Assembly: GCA_965247115.1 (NCBI GenBank)
Contig: CBDFGR010000002.1
Span: 928,001-992,000 of the forward strand
DNA from: Myxococcota bacterium
Lineage (GTDB): Bacteria > Myxococcota_A > UBA9160 > SZUA-336
Length of the DNA: 64,000 bases
Reading direction: 5' to 3'
Positions 17,991-28,102 of this stretch are shown here, in pieces. The first letter of the stretch is position 1. Each line of letters opens with the position of its first letter. Below the pieces are notes generated by a model. It saw only the letters and a list, made by a program, of their open reading frames with translations, was not told where the DNA came from and did no database searches. Position numbers and translations under genes: made by a program.

Positions 17991-19933
17991 GCGCTCTCCT
18001 CGAGCTCGACGAGCCTTCGGTACGCACCCCCCTGTCGCTCCACCAGCACGCCGTGCGAGCCCCACTCCACGATCTGGCCCTCCCGCATGTAGGCGATCTG
18101 GTGGGCGCGCCGGATCGTCGAGAGGCGGTGCGTGACCAGGAAGATCGCGCGATCCCGTCCCCACTCCTCCAGGTTACGGAGCACGCGGAGCTCGGTCTCC
18201 GCGTCGAGCGAGGCGGTGGGCTCATCGAGGATGAGGATCGGCGTGTCCTTCAGAACGGCACGCGCGATCGAGATGCGCTGCCGCTGCCCCGTCGAGAGCT
18301 TCGTGCCGCGCTCGCCCAGAAGGGCGTCGTACCCGTCTGGCAGAGCATCGACGAACTCGTCCACGCATGCAACGCGGCCCGCCTCTCGCACCAGCGCATC
18401 ACTGGCCTCGGGCACGGCGTAGCGGATGTTCTCGCGGATGGTGGTCCCGAAGAGCAGGTTCTCCTGCAGCGCGATGCCGATGTTCGCGCGCAGACTCGCG
18501 AGCTTGAGCTCGCGCAGGTCGATGCCGTCGATCTCGATCCGCCCCTCGTCGGGATCGAAGAGGCGGAGCAAGAGCGAGACGAGCGTGGTCTTGCCGGAGC
18601 CAGTGGGTCCGACGATGGCGGTGATCTCGCCGCGCCGCGCGCGCAGGTCGACCTTCTCGAGGACGGGCCGGCCCGTCTCGTAGGCAAAGCTCACACCGCT
18701 GAAGCGAATCTCAGAGGAGAGCGGCTCGAGCTCGCGAGTATCTTCCGCGTCCTCGACCTCTGGCTCGATGTCGAGCACCTCGAAGACGCGATCCAGACCG
18801 ACGGCAACGTCCTGGACCTTCGCCCAGAGCCCGAACAGGCTCTCGACACCTTGCGTCGAGTAGCCCGCGAGCGCCTTGGCCCCGTTGAAGAGTCCGAGGC
18901 TCCAGGCGCTCACCCCAACGGCAGCCAGCACGCGTGTCGAGTAGACGGGCGTGTCCGCCTGGGAGAGCCAGGCCGCCCACGAGCAGACGGCGAGGAGAAC
19001 CCCCCCGGCAATGAAGAACATGAGCACGCCGAATACCCCGTCGAGCCTGCGCGCGCGGAAGGCACGCTCGAAGGCGTGGAGCGAGTCGGACTCGAAGCGG
19101 CGCTGCTCGGCCCGCTCCGCCCCGTACGCCTTGATCACTTTCACTCCCACCAGAGTCTCCTGGATGCGTGACGTCACGGCGCTGTTGGCCTCGCGGGCCC
19201 GCCGGAAGAGTCGACGCAGCGGGTTCGAGAAGCGATAGCCGAGCGCGAACGCGGGAAGGAAGGCCAGGAGCAGTAGCAAGCCCAACCAGGGTGCGAGCAG
19301 CGTGACGACACCGGCCGCCACCACGAACCGAAACAGCTGGTAGATCGGGCGCAGCAGCAGCATGGCGATCACGTTCGTCACCATCGCGCTGTCCTGGTAG
19401 ACGCGATAGATCGAATCCCCGACCCGGGAGTCCGCGTGGAAGCGGAGAGACAGGGTCTGAAAGCGATCCAAGAGCCGCAGACGCAGCACCTGGTTGATGC
19501 GCTGCAGGATCCAGACCTGGTAGTAGACGAGACCCGCGACCAACGGGAAGCCCGCGGCGAAGGCGAGGAAGAGCCCCCAGAACCAGCGGGTTCGAATCGC
19601 CGCCCGAGTCTCCGGACCGAGGCTCTCGACTCCCACCACCGTTCCGGGATCGAGCTGCAGCAGGGTTGCGGTCCAGGGGCTGATCGCTTCTCCGGCCAGT
19701 GTCCCGTTCCAGAGCGCGTCAAAGAACGGAAACAGCAGCGAGACACCACCCAGGGTGAGCGCTCCGGTCGCGCTCGCAAAGAATGCCAGGTGCCACTTGA
19801 CGCTGACGAGCAGCGGGAACGTCCGAGCAAAGATCTGCATGACCACGCCGAAGTCGAGAGAGTCCTCGCGCTCCGATCGTTCGTGCGTGGCGTCGGGGGT
19901 GTGGACCAACGAACGTCCCCTCGTGGCGGGCAT
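17987..19933 (-). CDS. ABC exporter, fused permease/ATPase (half transporter 1)
   Basis: TM domain; GPTGSGKTT, LSTGQRQR, ILDEPTA, VTHRL. Confidence 0.92.
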   Translation of the reverse strand: MPATRGRSLVHTPDATHERSEREDSLDFGVVMQIFARTFPLLVSVKWHLAFFASATGALTLGGVSLLFPFFDALWNGTLAGEAISPWTATLLQLDPGTVVGVESLGPETRAAIRTRWFWGLFLAFAAGFPLVAGLVYYQVWILQRINQVLRLRLLDRFQTLSLRFHADSRVGDSIYRVYQDSAMVTNVIAMLLLRPIYQLFRFVVAAGVVTLLAPWLGLLLLLAFLPAFALGYRFSNPLRRLFRRAREANSAVTSRIQETLVGVKVIKAYGAERAEQRRFESDSLHAFERAFRARRLDGVFGVLMFFIAGGVLLAVCSWAAWLSQADTPVYSTRVLAAVGVSAWSLGLFNGAKALAGYSTQGVESLFGLWAKVQDVAVGLDRVFEVLDIEPEVEDAEDTRELEPLSSEIRFSGVSFAYETGRPVLEKVDLRARRGEITAIVGPTGSGKTTLVSLLLRLFDPDEGRIEIDGIDLRELKLASLRANIGIALQENLLFGTTIRENIRYAVPEASDALVREAGRVACVDEFVDALPDGYDALLGERGTKLSTGQRQRISIARAVLKDTPILILDEPTASLDAETELRVLRNLEEWGRDRAIFLVTHRLSTIRRAHQIAYMREGQIVEWGSHGVLVERQGGAYRRLVELEESA

Positions 19934-20065
19934 CCCCGTACGCGCCTCTGCGTCACCCTACCATAGGCCGGCTGGGCGGCCGGAAAAGGAGCTGGAGTTC
20001 GGCTCGCAGGCCTGCCTATGCTGCGTCATATCGCCCGCGAGCCGCGGGCAAAGCAGGAGGGACAC

Positions 20066-20452
20066 ATGCCGAATCCGACCCCCGACGAACGGCCCCCGGT
20101 TGCGATCGGTCACGTGAGGCACGCAGCAAAGAACGTCGCGGAGACCTGCGACTATCTCGTGAAGCTCGGCCTCCGCCACATTCACCAGACCGACAACTTT
20201 GCCGTCCTCGAGCTCCGCGGCGGCACCCACGTGGTGCTGACCGGTACGGAGGAAGCCGTTCCCCGGGGGAGCCAGGCGTCCTTCGATCTGATCGTCGACA
20301 ACATCGAGACGGCCCGGAAGGAGTACGACGCGTTGGGGCTCTCGCCCTCGGAGATCCAGTCTGGTCGGATCCACAGCTCCTTCACGCTTGTAGACCCGAG
20401 CGGCTACTCGATCACGATCAACTCGACGCACGCCGGAGACCGACCGATCTAG
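20066..20452 (+). CDS. VOC/glyoxalase family protein
   Basis: IGHV, FDLIVDNIE, FTLVDPSG motifs; AGGAGG RBS before ATG 20066. Confidence 0.85.
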   Translation: MPNPTPDERPPVAIGHVRHAAKNVAETCDYLVKLGLRHIHQTDNFAVLELRGGTHVVLTGTEEAVPRGSQASFDLIVDNIETARKEYDALGLSPSEIQSGRIHSSFTLVDPSGYSITINSTHAGDRPI

Positions 20453-20460
20453 CGCTCACC

Positions 20461-20519
20461 GATCTGGCTGCTTCAGCTCGATTTGGCTGCTTCAGCTCGA
20501 TTTGGCTGCTTCAGCTCGA
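20461..20519. repeat. 19-bp tandem repeat x3 (GATYTGGCTGCTTCAGCTC)
   Basis: Read directly; units abut with no spacers. Confidence 0.95.
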
Positions 20520-20545
20520 CCTGGGGAGTGTCGATAGCGAGGTCG

Positions 20546-21061
20546 ATGACCTACAAGACCCGACGCACGCTGGCGGGCCTGCCGCTGATCCACGTCGCCA
20601 CAGGACGGGTCGAGGACGGGAAGTATCGGCGCGGGATCGCGCGTGGCTGGATCGCGGTCGGAGATGTGTCCTTCGGCGTGCTGCTCTCCATCGGAGGCGC
20701 CGCCTTCGGCGGGGTCGCTCTGGGCGGACTCGGGGTCGGCGTGCTGTCGATCGGTGGGCTCGCGCTGGGAGGCTACGCACTGGGTGGCGCTGCTCTGGCA
20801 GTGGCTGCCTGTGGCGGCGGGGCCATCGGCTGGCAAGCCGCCCTGGGAGGTCTCGCGGTGGCGCGGGAGTACGCCGTCGGCGGGCTGGCGATTGCGGCTC
20901 ACGCGAATGACGCGATCGCCCAGGCCTTCTTCGACGGGAGCCGCTTCTTCAGCGCGGCGGACTTCGTCATGTCGTTCTCACCACTGCTCTTGCTCTGCTT
21001 CGCTCCAGGCGTCTCGCGCTTCCTGATGCGGGGCAGGCAACGGAGGCAGCCGAGCAGCTAG
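20546..21061 (+). CDS. Gly/Ala-rich membrane protein of unknown function
   Basis: 'GLPLIHVA...ARGWIAVGD..FG' followed by GG-x-A-x-G repeats and a C-terminal TM; GAGG RBS. Confidence 0.75.
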   Translation: MTYKTRRTLAGLPLIHVATGRVEDGKYRRGIARGWIAVGDVSFGVLLSIGGAAFGGVALGGLGVGVLSIGGLALGGYALGGAALAVAACGGGAIGWQAALGGLAVAREYAVGGLAIAAHANDAIAQAFFDGSRFFSAADFVMSFSPLLLLCFAPGVSRFLMRGRQRRQPSS

Positions 21062-21442
21062 CGTGCGCCGTCCGCCGCCAGGCGAACGGCCCGCTCGCAC
21101 ATGGCTCGCGCGCCAGCGCTCGATCTCGTTCTCCATCTGGCTCGTAACGCTACCACTCGGGCGCGCAGCGGTGGGCGTAACTTCTCGCTCCGGGAAGGCG
21201 TACTGGGTGTGGAGCAGTCGGCAGCTGACGGCTGCCCCCGGCGGTGGGGTCCGGGTCGCTTGGAGGGAAGGGCCGGATCCTGCCGCCCCCGGTTTCGAGC
21301 CCTTTCGCGGCGTGTTCGCCCGCTCTACCGCCTGCTTGCCGCCTGTTGATCCCCGCTGCACCCTCGTGACGGCCCCGTGCTCAAGAGATCCGCCTGTCCC
21401 GCCGAATCCACCAGGGTCACAGACAGGCGCGCGGAGGCGATC

Positions 21443-21853
21443 ATGGGAGCACACGGGACATGGCGACGGGCTTGCCGGTCGCTGCCGGTCGGCCTGGCAG
21501 CCCTAGGGCTGTCGGGCTGCATCTACATGGCGCCTCCCAACACCGCCTTTCGATCTCCGGTCGTCACGACGGCGCCGAGCGCGCCTGCAGATGGCTATCG
21601 CCACACGGAGCGCGGTAGTCCGGACATGATCTACGACAGTCGCCTCGGGCTCTACGTGGTACTGGGCTACCCGGACCACTTCCACGATGGCGAGCGCTAC
21701 TACCGCAGGTTCGACGGACGCTGGCAGCGCAGCGCGCAGCTGCACCGGGGCTGGGCAGAGGTTCGGCTCGGCGACGTCCCGCAGGCCCTGCTTGCCGGAT
21801 CGTCCCGCGATCGCTCCCAACCTCCCGCTTCCCCGGCCAACCTCGACTACTGA
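21443..21853 (+). CDS. Hypothetical lipoprotein
   Basis: GGAGG RBS, lipobox LGLSGC, aromatic-rich small domain. Confidence 0.65.
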   Translation: MGAHGTWRRACRSLPVGLAALGLSGCIYMAPPNTAFRSPVVTTAPSAPADGYRHTERGSPDMIYDSRLGLYVVLGYPDHFHDGERYYRRFDGRWQRSAQLHRGWAEVRLGDVPQALLAGSSRDRSQPPASPANLDY

Positions 21854-21943
21854 TTCCGACCCGCTCCCTGCCCCCGCATCTGCAGCCGCACGTACCCCAC
21901 GCTCTGGTATGCTGCGCGCGGGGGGCTGACGGAGGAGCACAGC

Positions 21944-22837
21944 ATGGATCTGCTTGACGGCCGCGTGGCGATCGTAACCGGCGCAGGCCGCGGAATCGGG
22001 GCCTCACTCGCACGGATCATGGCGGCGGAAGGCTGTGCCGTCGTGGTCAACGACCTCGGCGGACAGGTCGACGGAACCGGCTCAGACAAGGCACCCGCGC
22101 AGACCGTCGTCGACGAGATCGTCGCCGCGGGTGGGACTGCCGTCGCGAACTTCGACGACGTGAGCGATCACAAGGCTGCGGAGAAGATCATCCAGTGCTC
22201 GCTGGACGAGTTCGGGCAGCTCGACGTGCTCGTGAACGTGGCAGGGATCCTGCGCGATCGCATGATCTTCAACATGAGCGAGGAGGAGTGGGATGCGGTC
22301 ATCAACGTCCACCTCAAGGGTACGTTCAACACGTCCAAGTTCGCCGCCATCCAGTGGCGCAAGGAGCGCAAGGGCCACTACCGCCTGATCAACTTCACGT
22401 CCGGATCGGGTCTCTTCGGAGCTCCGGGACAGCCGAACTACGCAGCGGCCAAGCTCGGGATCGTGGGCCTCACCTACTCCTGCGCGAACTCCCTCGGGCC
22501 GTACGGTGTCACGGCGAACGCGATCGGACCGGGCGCCGCCACGCGCATGACCGCCACCGTTCCGGAGCAACGCCGTCGAGGCTTCACGCAGGATCCCGAC
22601 GACCCAGAACGCTCTGCCGATCGGGTGGCTCCCCCCGTCGTGTACATGGCGAGCACGAAGTCGGACTGGCTCAACGGGCGGGTCATCGGCGCCAGCGGCT
22701 TTCGCATGACGCTCTACAGCAACTACGAGGGCATCCGGGAGGTCTCGTCAACCCAGCCGTTCGCGCTCGACGAGGCCTTCGAGCAGATCGAACGCTCGTT
22801 CAAGCCCGTCGTCGAGGGCACGACGCGGTGGGGCTAG
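21944..22837 (+). CDS. Short-chain dehydrogenase/reductase (SDR)
   Basis: TGAGRGIG, NVAGILRD, YAAAK. Confidence 0.95.
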   Translation: MDLLDGRVAIVTGAGRGIGASLARIMAAEGCAVVVNDLGGQVDGTGSDKAPAQTVVDEIVAAGGTAVANFDDVSDHKAAEKIIQCSLDEFGQLDVLVNVAGILRDRMIFNMSEEEWDAVINVHLKGTFNTSKFAAIQWRKERKGHYRLINFTSGSGLFGAPGQPNYAAAKLGIVGLTYSCANSLGPYGVTANAIGPGAATRMTATVPEQRRRGFTQDPDDPERSADRVAPPVVYMASTKSDWLNGRVIGASGFRMTLYSNYEGIREVSSTQPFALDEAFEQIERSFKPVVEGTTRWG

Positions 22838-22841
22838 GCGC

Positions 22842-23396
22842 GTGAGACTGTCGAAGCCGCGGGTAGAGCCGGTCGATGCTGCGGACGTCGAGGGAGAGAG
22901 CAAGGAGCTGCTCGCGCGCGTACAGCGCGAGGATGGAGTCCCGCGCATCTTCCGCACGCTGGTCAGGCATCCGAAGCTCCTCAAGCGTTGGATGGTGTTC
23001 GGAAACCACATACTCGCCAAGTCGACGTTGCCCCCCCGCGAACGCGAGCTCTTGATCCTGCGCATCGGCTGGCTGTGCAAGGCCGAGTACGAGTTCGGAC
23101 AGCACGTGCGCATCGGCCGAAGCGCGGGCTTGAGCGACGAGGAGATCGAACGCATCGGAGTGGGACCGGACGCGCCGGGCTGGAGCTCCGCGGACGCCAC
23201 ACTCCTGCGTGCAGTGGACGAGCTTCACGCCGACGCGTTCATCAGCGACGCCACGTGGCAGGAGCTTGCGCAGCGCTACGAGGTGCCGCAGCTGATGGAC
23301 GTGGTCTTCACCGTCGGCCAGTACAACATGCTCGGCATGGCGTTGAACAGCCTGGGCGTGCAGCCGGAGTCTCCAGTAGACGGCTTTCCGAGGTGA
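22842..23396 (+). CDS. Carboxymuconolactone decarboxylase/AhpD family protein
   Basis: RERELLILRIGWLCKAEYEFGQH motif. Confidence 0.9.
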   Translation: MRLSKPRVEPVDAADVEGESKELLARVQREDGVPRIFRTLVRHPKLLKRWMVFGNHILAKSTLPPRERELLILRIGWLCKAEYEFGQHVRIGRSAGLSDEEIERIGVGPDAPGWSSADATLLRAVDELHADAFISDATWQELAQRYEVPQLMDVVFTVGQYNMLGMALNSLGVQPESPVDGFPR

Positions 23397-24268
23397 GCCG
23401 CGGCAGACTGCGAAGCGGCGCTCTCGTGGCGGGCCTTGTCGCGGGCCTCGGCTGTGGTGGAGGCGATGGGGGAACCACTGGCTCCGCCGATGAGGAGTAC
23501 CTGGGCCGCATGGCGGTCGAGCACGCCGAGGACGCACCCGTCGCTAGCAGAGCAGCCAGGACAGAGCCGGCGTCTGCCGTACGCGGAGCTCAGGTCAGGT
23601 ACGCCACGATCGACGGTGCGCCGGTGACAGGCTATCTGGCTCGGCCGGAAGCAAGCGCGGGCCCCCGGGCAGGGATCGTCGTCATCCACGAGTGGTGGGG
23701 CCTGAACGACAACGTGCGCGCGATGGCGGAGCGCCTGGCCGCCGAAGGGTACGCGGCTCTCGCCGTCGATCTGTATCAGGGGGAGTCCGGCGACACGCCG
23801 GAGCGCGCGCGCGAGCTTGCGAGCGCGGCCATGGGAAGGGTGCCGACTCTTCAGGACAATCTTCGCCAGGCGATCGCCCACCTGGAGGGGCAGGTCGGGG
23901 CGAGCCGGATCGGCACGATCGGCTGGTGCTTCGGGGGCGGCTGGTCCCTCGCGGCGGCACTGCAGAACCCGGAGCAGGTGGACGCGACCGTGATCTACTA
24001 CGGGCGGCTCGTCACCGACCCGGAGCAGCTGCAGGTATTGCGCGCGCCCATCCTGGGCCTGTTTGGCGCGGAGGACCGGGGCATTCCCGTCGAGACGGTA
24101 CGCGAGTTCGAGTCCGCGCTACTGGCACTGAACAAGCAAGCGACGGTGTACATCTACGAGGGCGCCAACCACGCGTTCGCGAATCCCTCCGGAACCGCCT
24201 ACCAGGCGGAGGCCGCCGAGGATGCCTGGCAGCACACCCTCCACTTCTTCCGGGAGCACCTGAGCTAG
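23393..24268 (+). CDS. Dienelactone hydrolase family protein (possible lipoprotein)
   Basis: HEWWGLN, GWCFGG nucleophile, HAFAN; GTG 23393 overlaps upstream TGA; LVAGLGC lipobox-like. Confidence 0.9.
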   Translation: MSRGRLRSGALVAGLVAGLGCGGGDGGTTGSADEEYLGRMAVEHAEDAPVASRAARTEPASAVRGAQVRYATIDGAPVTGYLARPEASAGPRAGIVVIHEWWGLNDNVRAMAERLAAEGYAALAVDLYQGESGDTPERARELASAAMGRVPTLQDNLRQAIAHLEGQVGASRIGTIGWCFGGGWSLAAALQNPEQVDATVIYYGRLVTDPEQLQVLRAPILGLFGAEDRGIPVETVREFESALLALNKQATVYIYEGANHAFANPSGTAYQAEAAEDAWQHTLHFFREHLS

Positions 24269-24300
24269 GTCACTCGAGTCGGAGGCTGACTTCTCCCGGC

Positions 24301-25383
24301 TCAGCGGAAGTCGATGACCTGGCGCGCGACCTCGCCCAGCTTCAGGGTATCCATTGCCTCGTTGATGTCGTCGAGCTTGATGTGCGTCGAGATCAGGTCG
24401 TCGAGCCTCAGCTTGCCCGCCAGGTAGAACTCGATGAGACGGGGCATGTCGATGCGGAAGCGGTTGGAGCCCATCCCCGAGCCCGTGAGCTTGCGTTCGC
24501 TCAGGAGCTCGATCCCGTTGACCTCGACCTTGGTTCCCGCCGGGATCATGCCGATCACCACAGCCAGTCCACCAGCGCTCAGCATCCCCCATGCCTGCTC
24601 AGCAGTCTGCTTGAGCCCGATCGCCTCGAAAGCGTAGTCGACGCCACCGGCCGTCATCTCCTTGACCTGCTCGACCACGTCGCCCTCACTCGCGTTCACC
24701 ACGTCGGTGGCGCCGAACTTCCGGGCCAGCTCGAGCTTGGACGCAATGCGGTCGACCGCAATGATGCGACCAGCGCCGGCAATCTCCGCGCCGTTGATTG
24801 CGGACAGCCCCACGCCACCACAGCCGATCACGGCTACCTTCGTCCCGGGTTCCACCTGCGCCGTGCGCAGAGCCGCGCCTGCGCCCGTCGTCACGCCGCA
24901 GCCGATCAGGGCAGCCCGGTCGAGCGGCATGTCGTCGCGGATCTTCACGATCGCGTTCTCGTGCACGAGCATCTGCTCGGCAAAGGACGAGAGGTGGGCG
25001 AACTGGCTGATTGCCTCGCCGTCTTTCGAGAGCCGGGGAGGCTCATCCTCGGCGCGGTCGGTGCCTCGGCCCCCGCAGCGATTCGGGTGTCCGCTCAGGC
25101 AGTGGTGGCACTGACCGCAGAAAACCGAGAGACATGTAATGACGTGATCACCGGGCTGTGCGTACGTTGCGTCCGGTCCCACCTCCTCGACGATGCCCGC
25201 CGACTCGTGGCCCAGCACCACAGGCAGGCGGGCTCGGAACGAGCCTTCCACAAAGTGCAGGTCGCTGTGGCAGACGCCCGCTGCCGCCGTACGGATCACG
25301 ACCTCGCGGCCCTTTGGCTTGCTGATCTGGATGTCCTCGATCTCTTGAGGCGTTCCGATCTCCCGCAGTACCGCTGCTCTCAT
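24301..25383 (-). CDS. Zn-dependent alcohol dehydrogenase
   Basis: GVCHSD, GHESAG, CGQCHHC..C, GCGGVG. Confidence 0.95.
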   Translation of the reverse strand: MRAAVLREIGTPQEIEDIQISKPKGREVVIRTAAAGVCHSDLHFVEGSFRARLPVVLGHESAGIVEEVGPDATYAQPGDHVITCLSVFCGQCHHCLSGHPNRCGGRGTDRAEDEPPRLSKDGEAISQFAHLSSFAEQMLVHENAIVKIRDDMPLDRAALIGCGVTTGAGAALRTAQVEPGTKVAVIGCGGVGLSAINGAEIAGAGRIIAVDRIASKLELARKFGATDVVNASEGDVVEQVKEMTAGGVDYAFEAIGLKQTAEQAWGMLSAGGLAVVIGMIPAGTKVEVNGIELLSERKLTGSGMGSNRFRIDMPRLIEFYLAGKLRLDDLISTHIKLDDINEAMDTLKLGEVARQVIDFR

Positions 25384-25416
25384 GCGCGACCCTCCTCTTG
25401 GGCTCGATGCAGCCTA

Positions 25417-26706
25417 TCACGAGGACGAAGGACCGGACCGTGTTGCAAACGTCCCGGCGAGCACTCCTCGAAAGCGATGATCGAGCGCGAGCACCGCGAT
25501 CCCACCCCCGATGCAGATCACCCCGTAGAGGACCTGCGCGAGCTGCACGCCCATGGACGCCGCAAGCAGCCCTGCGGCAGCCGCGCCGGCGGTCATGAAC
25601 GCGCGATCCAGCGAAAGAAAGCTCAGCACGCGTCCCCGCAGCTGCTCTGGCGCCGACTGCAGCATGAGCGAGCGGCTGAGCGAGAAGTAGCTGGTCTGGG
25701 CAGCGCCGACGAGGATGATGAGGAGCAGCGGCACGAGTAGGCCGGAGCGCCCCGGCAGGTAGGTCGCAGCAGAGAAGCCGATCAGGAGCACGCCGAAGCC
25801 CGTCACGATCGTGGGTAGGATCACGCCGAGCTTGCTCGGCTCGCGGAACGCGATTCCGAGCGCTGCAACGACAGCGCCGACCCCCGTGAGCGCGGACATG
25901 AAGCCGTAGCCCTCGCTGCCGATCTCGAGCACCTGGTCCGCGAAGAGCGGCAGGAACACCTGCATGTACGACATGCCGAACGCGAAGTAGACGGCCGAGA
26001 GTAAGAGCACGCCGCGAATTGCGGGATCGTAGAAGGCGAAGCGCGCTCCCTCTCCCAGGCCGCGCAGCATGGCGCCAGCACCGGAGCTCGAGGGCCGCTC
26101 GTGCGTGGGGACGTCGAGCAGGTAGGTCGACACGACGGCCCCGATGTAGATCACCGCAATGCACGAGAACGCCCCGCCCGCTCCCAGCCAGGCATACGCG
26201 AGGCCGCCGAGCGTCGCTCCGGCGATGCGCATGATGCTCTGCGTCCCGCTCATGAGTGCAAGCGCGTTCGTGACCCGGTAGGAGGGGACGGCACTCGGAA
26301 TCAGGGACTGACGCGCGGGCTGGTCGAAGGCCATCGTCGTTCCGCGAAGGAACGCGTAAACATAGATGTGCCACAGCTCTAGCAGTCCGGCGACGATCAC
26401 GGCCGCGAAGGCAAAGTTGAGCAGGAGCACGGCCGACTTGTCGAGGAGCAGGATGCGACGCCTGTCGAACCAGTCGCTGATGACGCCCGCCCACACGCCG
26501 AACAGGAGCTGCGGAAGGGTGCGGACGGCGATCACCGCGCCCAGGTGAACCTCGGAGCCGTCAGTGATGTCGAGGATCAGGAACGGACGGGCGATCTGCT
26601 CCATCCAGAGCGCACCTGCGTGGCTGATCTGTCCCAGCCAGAGGTAGCGGAAGTTCCGGATGCGCAGCGTCGAGAAGATCCCATCGCGGCGTGCCTCGCC
26701 CTCCAG
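25417..26706 (-). CDS. MFS transporter (start uncertain)
   Basis: Multiple TM segments, GVISDWFDRR motif A. The conserved FSTLRIRNFRYLWLGQ lies in frame upstream of the first ATG (26604); extended here to CTG 26706. Confidence 0.85.
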   Translation of the reverse strand: MEGEARRDGIFSTLRIRNFRYLWLGQISHAGALWMEQIARPFLILDITDGSEVHLGAVIAVRTLPQLLFGVWAGVISDWFDRRRILLLDKSAVLLLNFAFAAVIVAGLLELWHIYVYAFLRGTTMAFDQPARQSLIPSAVPSYRVTNALALMSGTQSIMRIAGATLGGLAYAWLGAGGAFSCIAVIYIGAVVSTYLLDVPTHERPSSSGAGAMLRGLGEGARFAFYDPAIRGVLLLSAVYFAFGMSYMQVFLPLFADQVLEIGSEGYGFMSALTGVGAVVAALGIAFREPSKLGVILPTIVTGFGVLLIGFSAATYLPGRSGLLVPLLLIILVGAAQTSYFSLSRSLMLQSAPEQLRGRVLSFLSLDRAFMTAGAAAAGLLAASMGVQLAQVLYGVICIGGGIAVLALDHRFRGVLAGTFATRSGPSSS

Positions 26707-26816
26707 GCTAGGCTCCGTGCTCGATCGCGAACTCGAGGGCGCACGGGTAGTACGTCACCGTCTCGGCAGTCTACAGGAGCAAGCACGATTCGCGTCGGCG
26801 TGTCACCCTTGCGCCG

Positions 26817-28061
26817 ATGCTGGAGCGATTCCGGCGCTACTGGCGCGAGAACGAGCGGCTGTTGATGATCACCGTGTCGACGGTCCTCGTCATGTCGGGG
26901 CAGGGGATCATCACGCCCGTGCTGCCGCTGTTCGCCGCAGAGTTCGGGGCCGGCGTCGCCACGGTCGGTTTGACGCTCTCGATCTTCGGGCTGGCGCGTC
27001 TGCTGCTCAACGTTCCGCTCGGCTTGCTCTCGGATCGTTACGGTCGGCGCCTCTTGCTCGCCGGCGGACCACTCGTGAGCGGCATGGGCATGATCGGCTC
27101 GGGCCTCGCACCCGACATCCCCCAGCTGCTGGGCTGGCGCTTCCTCGCCGGCGCGGGCTCCGCCATGTACATGACCGGGGCGGCGATCTACCTCGCAGAC
27201 ATCTCGACACCCGCGAACCGCGGCCACTTCGTCGCGACCAATCAGGGTGCGTTGCTGGTAGGCGTCTCGTTCGGACCCGCGATCGGCGGGCTGGTCGCAG
27301 ACGCCTACGGGCTGCGCGCGCCGTTCTTGCTCGTCGGACTGGCGACCCTGGTGGCCTCGCTCTACGGCTACCTGCGCTTACCCGAGACCCGACCCGCACG
27401 TGTCGTCGAGGAAGACATGGGTGGTCAAGCACGCAGCAGCGCTGAGGCCTGGGCGAGCAAGCTGGGAGCGTCGGATTTCTTCGCAGTCTCCGCGGTCACG
27501 GCCTCTGTCTTCCTCACCCGCGCGGGAGGACGCATGACGCTCATGCCACTCTTTGCGTCGGCGAGCTTCGGTTACTCCGCCGGCGAGCTCGGAATCGTTT
27601 TCGCCATGATGGCGCTCATCAACCTGCTCGGGCTCGCCCCCGCCGCACTGCTGATAGATCGCGTCGGACGAAAGTGGGCGATTGTGCCCAGCGGGTTGGT
27701 CGTCGCCCTGGGACTCGGTCTGATGGCGGGGGCCGCGAGCAACCTGCAGTTCCTGCTGGCCGCCCTGCTCGTCGCACTTGGCACTACGTTCTGGGGGCCC
27801 GCTCCGGCCACCTACGCAGCGGACATCGCCGCCCCCGAGCTGCGCGGACTGGCGCTCGGACTCAACCGCTCTGCCGGCGACGCCGGCATGGTGCTGGGGC
27901 CCGTCTTGCTGGGAGCTCTTGCAGACGCGACATCCATCGGCTGGGCCCTCGCCACGAACGCGCTGATCGTTCTACTGGCGTGCTCGGCCTTCGGGCTTCG
28001 CGCAAGTGAGACGTTGAAGGGGAAGGCGCCGGCGGCGGCGGACAGGGGCCGTACGGCCTGA
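26817..28061 (+). CDS. MFS transporter (DHA-like)
   Basis: GLLSDRYGRR motif A, WRFLAGAG, GPAIGG; about 12 TM. Confidence 0.92.
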   Translation: MLERFRRYWRENERLLMITVSTVLVMSGQGIITPVLPLFAAEFGAGVATVGLTLSIFGLARLLLNVPLGLLSDRYGRRLLLAGGPLVSGMGMIGSGLAPDIPQLLGWRFLAGAGSAMYMTGAAIYLADISTPANRGHFVATNQGALLVGVSFGPAIGGLVADAYGLRAPFLLVGLATLVASLYGYLRLPETRPARVVEEDMGGQARSSAEAWASKLGASDFFAVSAVTASVFLTRAGGRMTLMPLFASASFGYSAGELGIVFAMMALINLLGLAPAALLIDRVGRKWAIVPSGLVVALGLGLMAGAASNLQFLLAALLVALGTTFWGPAPATYAADIAAPELRGLALGLNRSAGDAGMVLGPVLLGALADATSIGWALATNALIVLLACSAFGLRASETLKGKAPAAADRGRTA

Positions 28062-28102
28062 AGAAGCCGAATCCGATTCCGGCCCCCTCCAGAATCCCGC
28101 CT

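Noticed and set aside
20461..20519. Possible mini-CRISPR
   Set aside because: Units abut with no spacers and no cas genes are present.
21062..21442. 380-bp gap with an 8-bp stem (21390-21428) as a possible ncRNA or riboswitch
   Set aside because: No recognisable Rfam-type motif by eye, and short GC stems are expected by chance; needs an Infernal scan.
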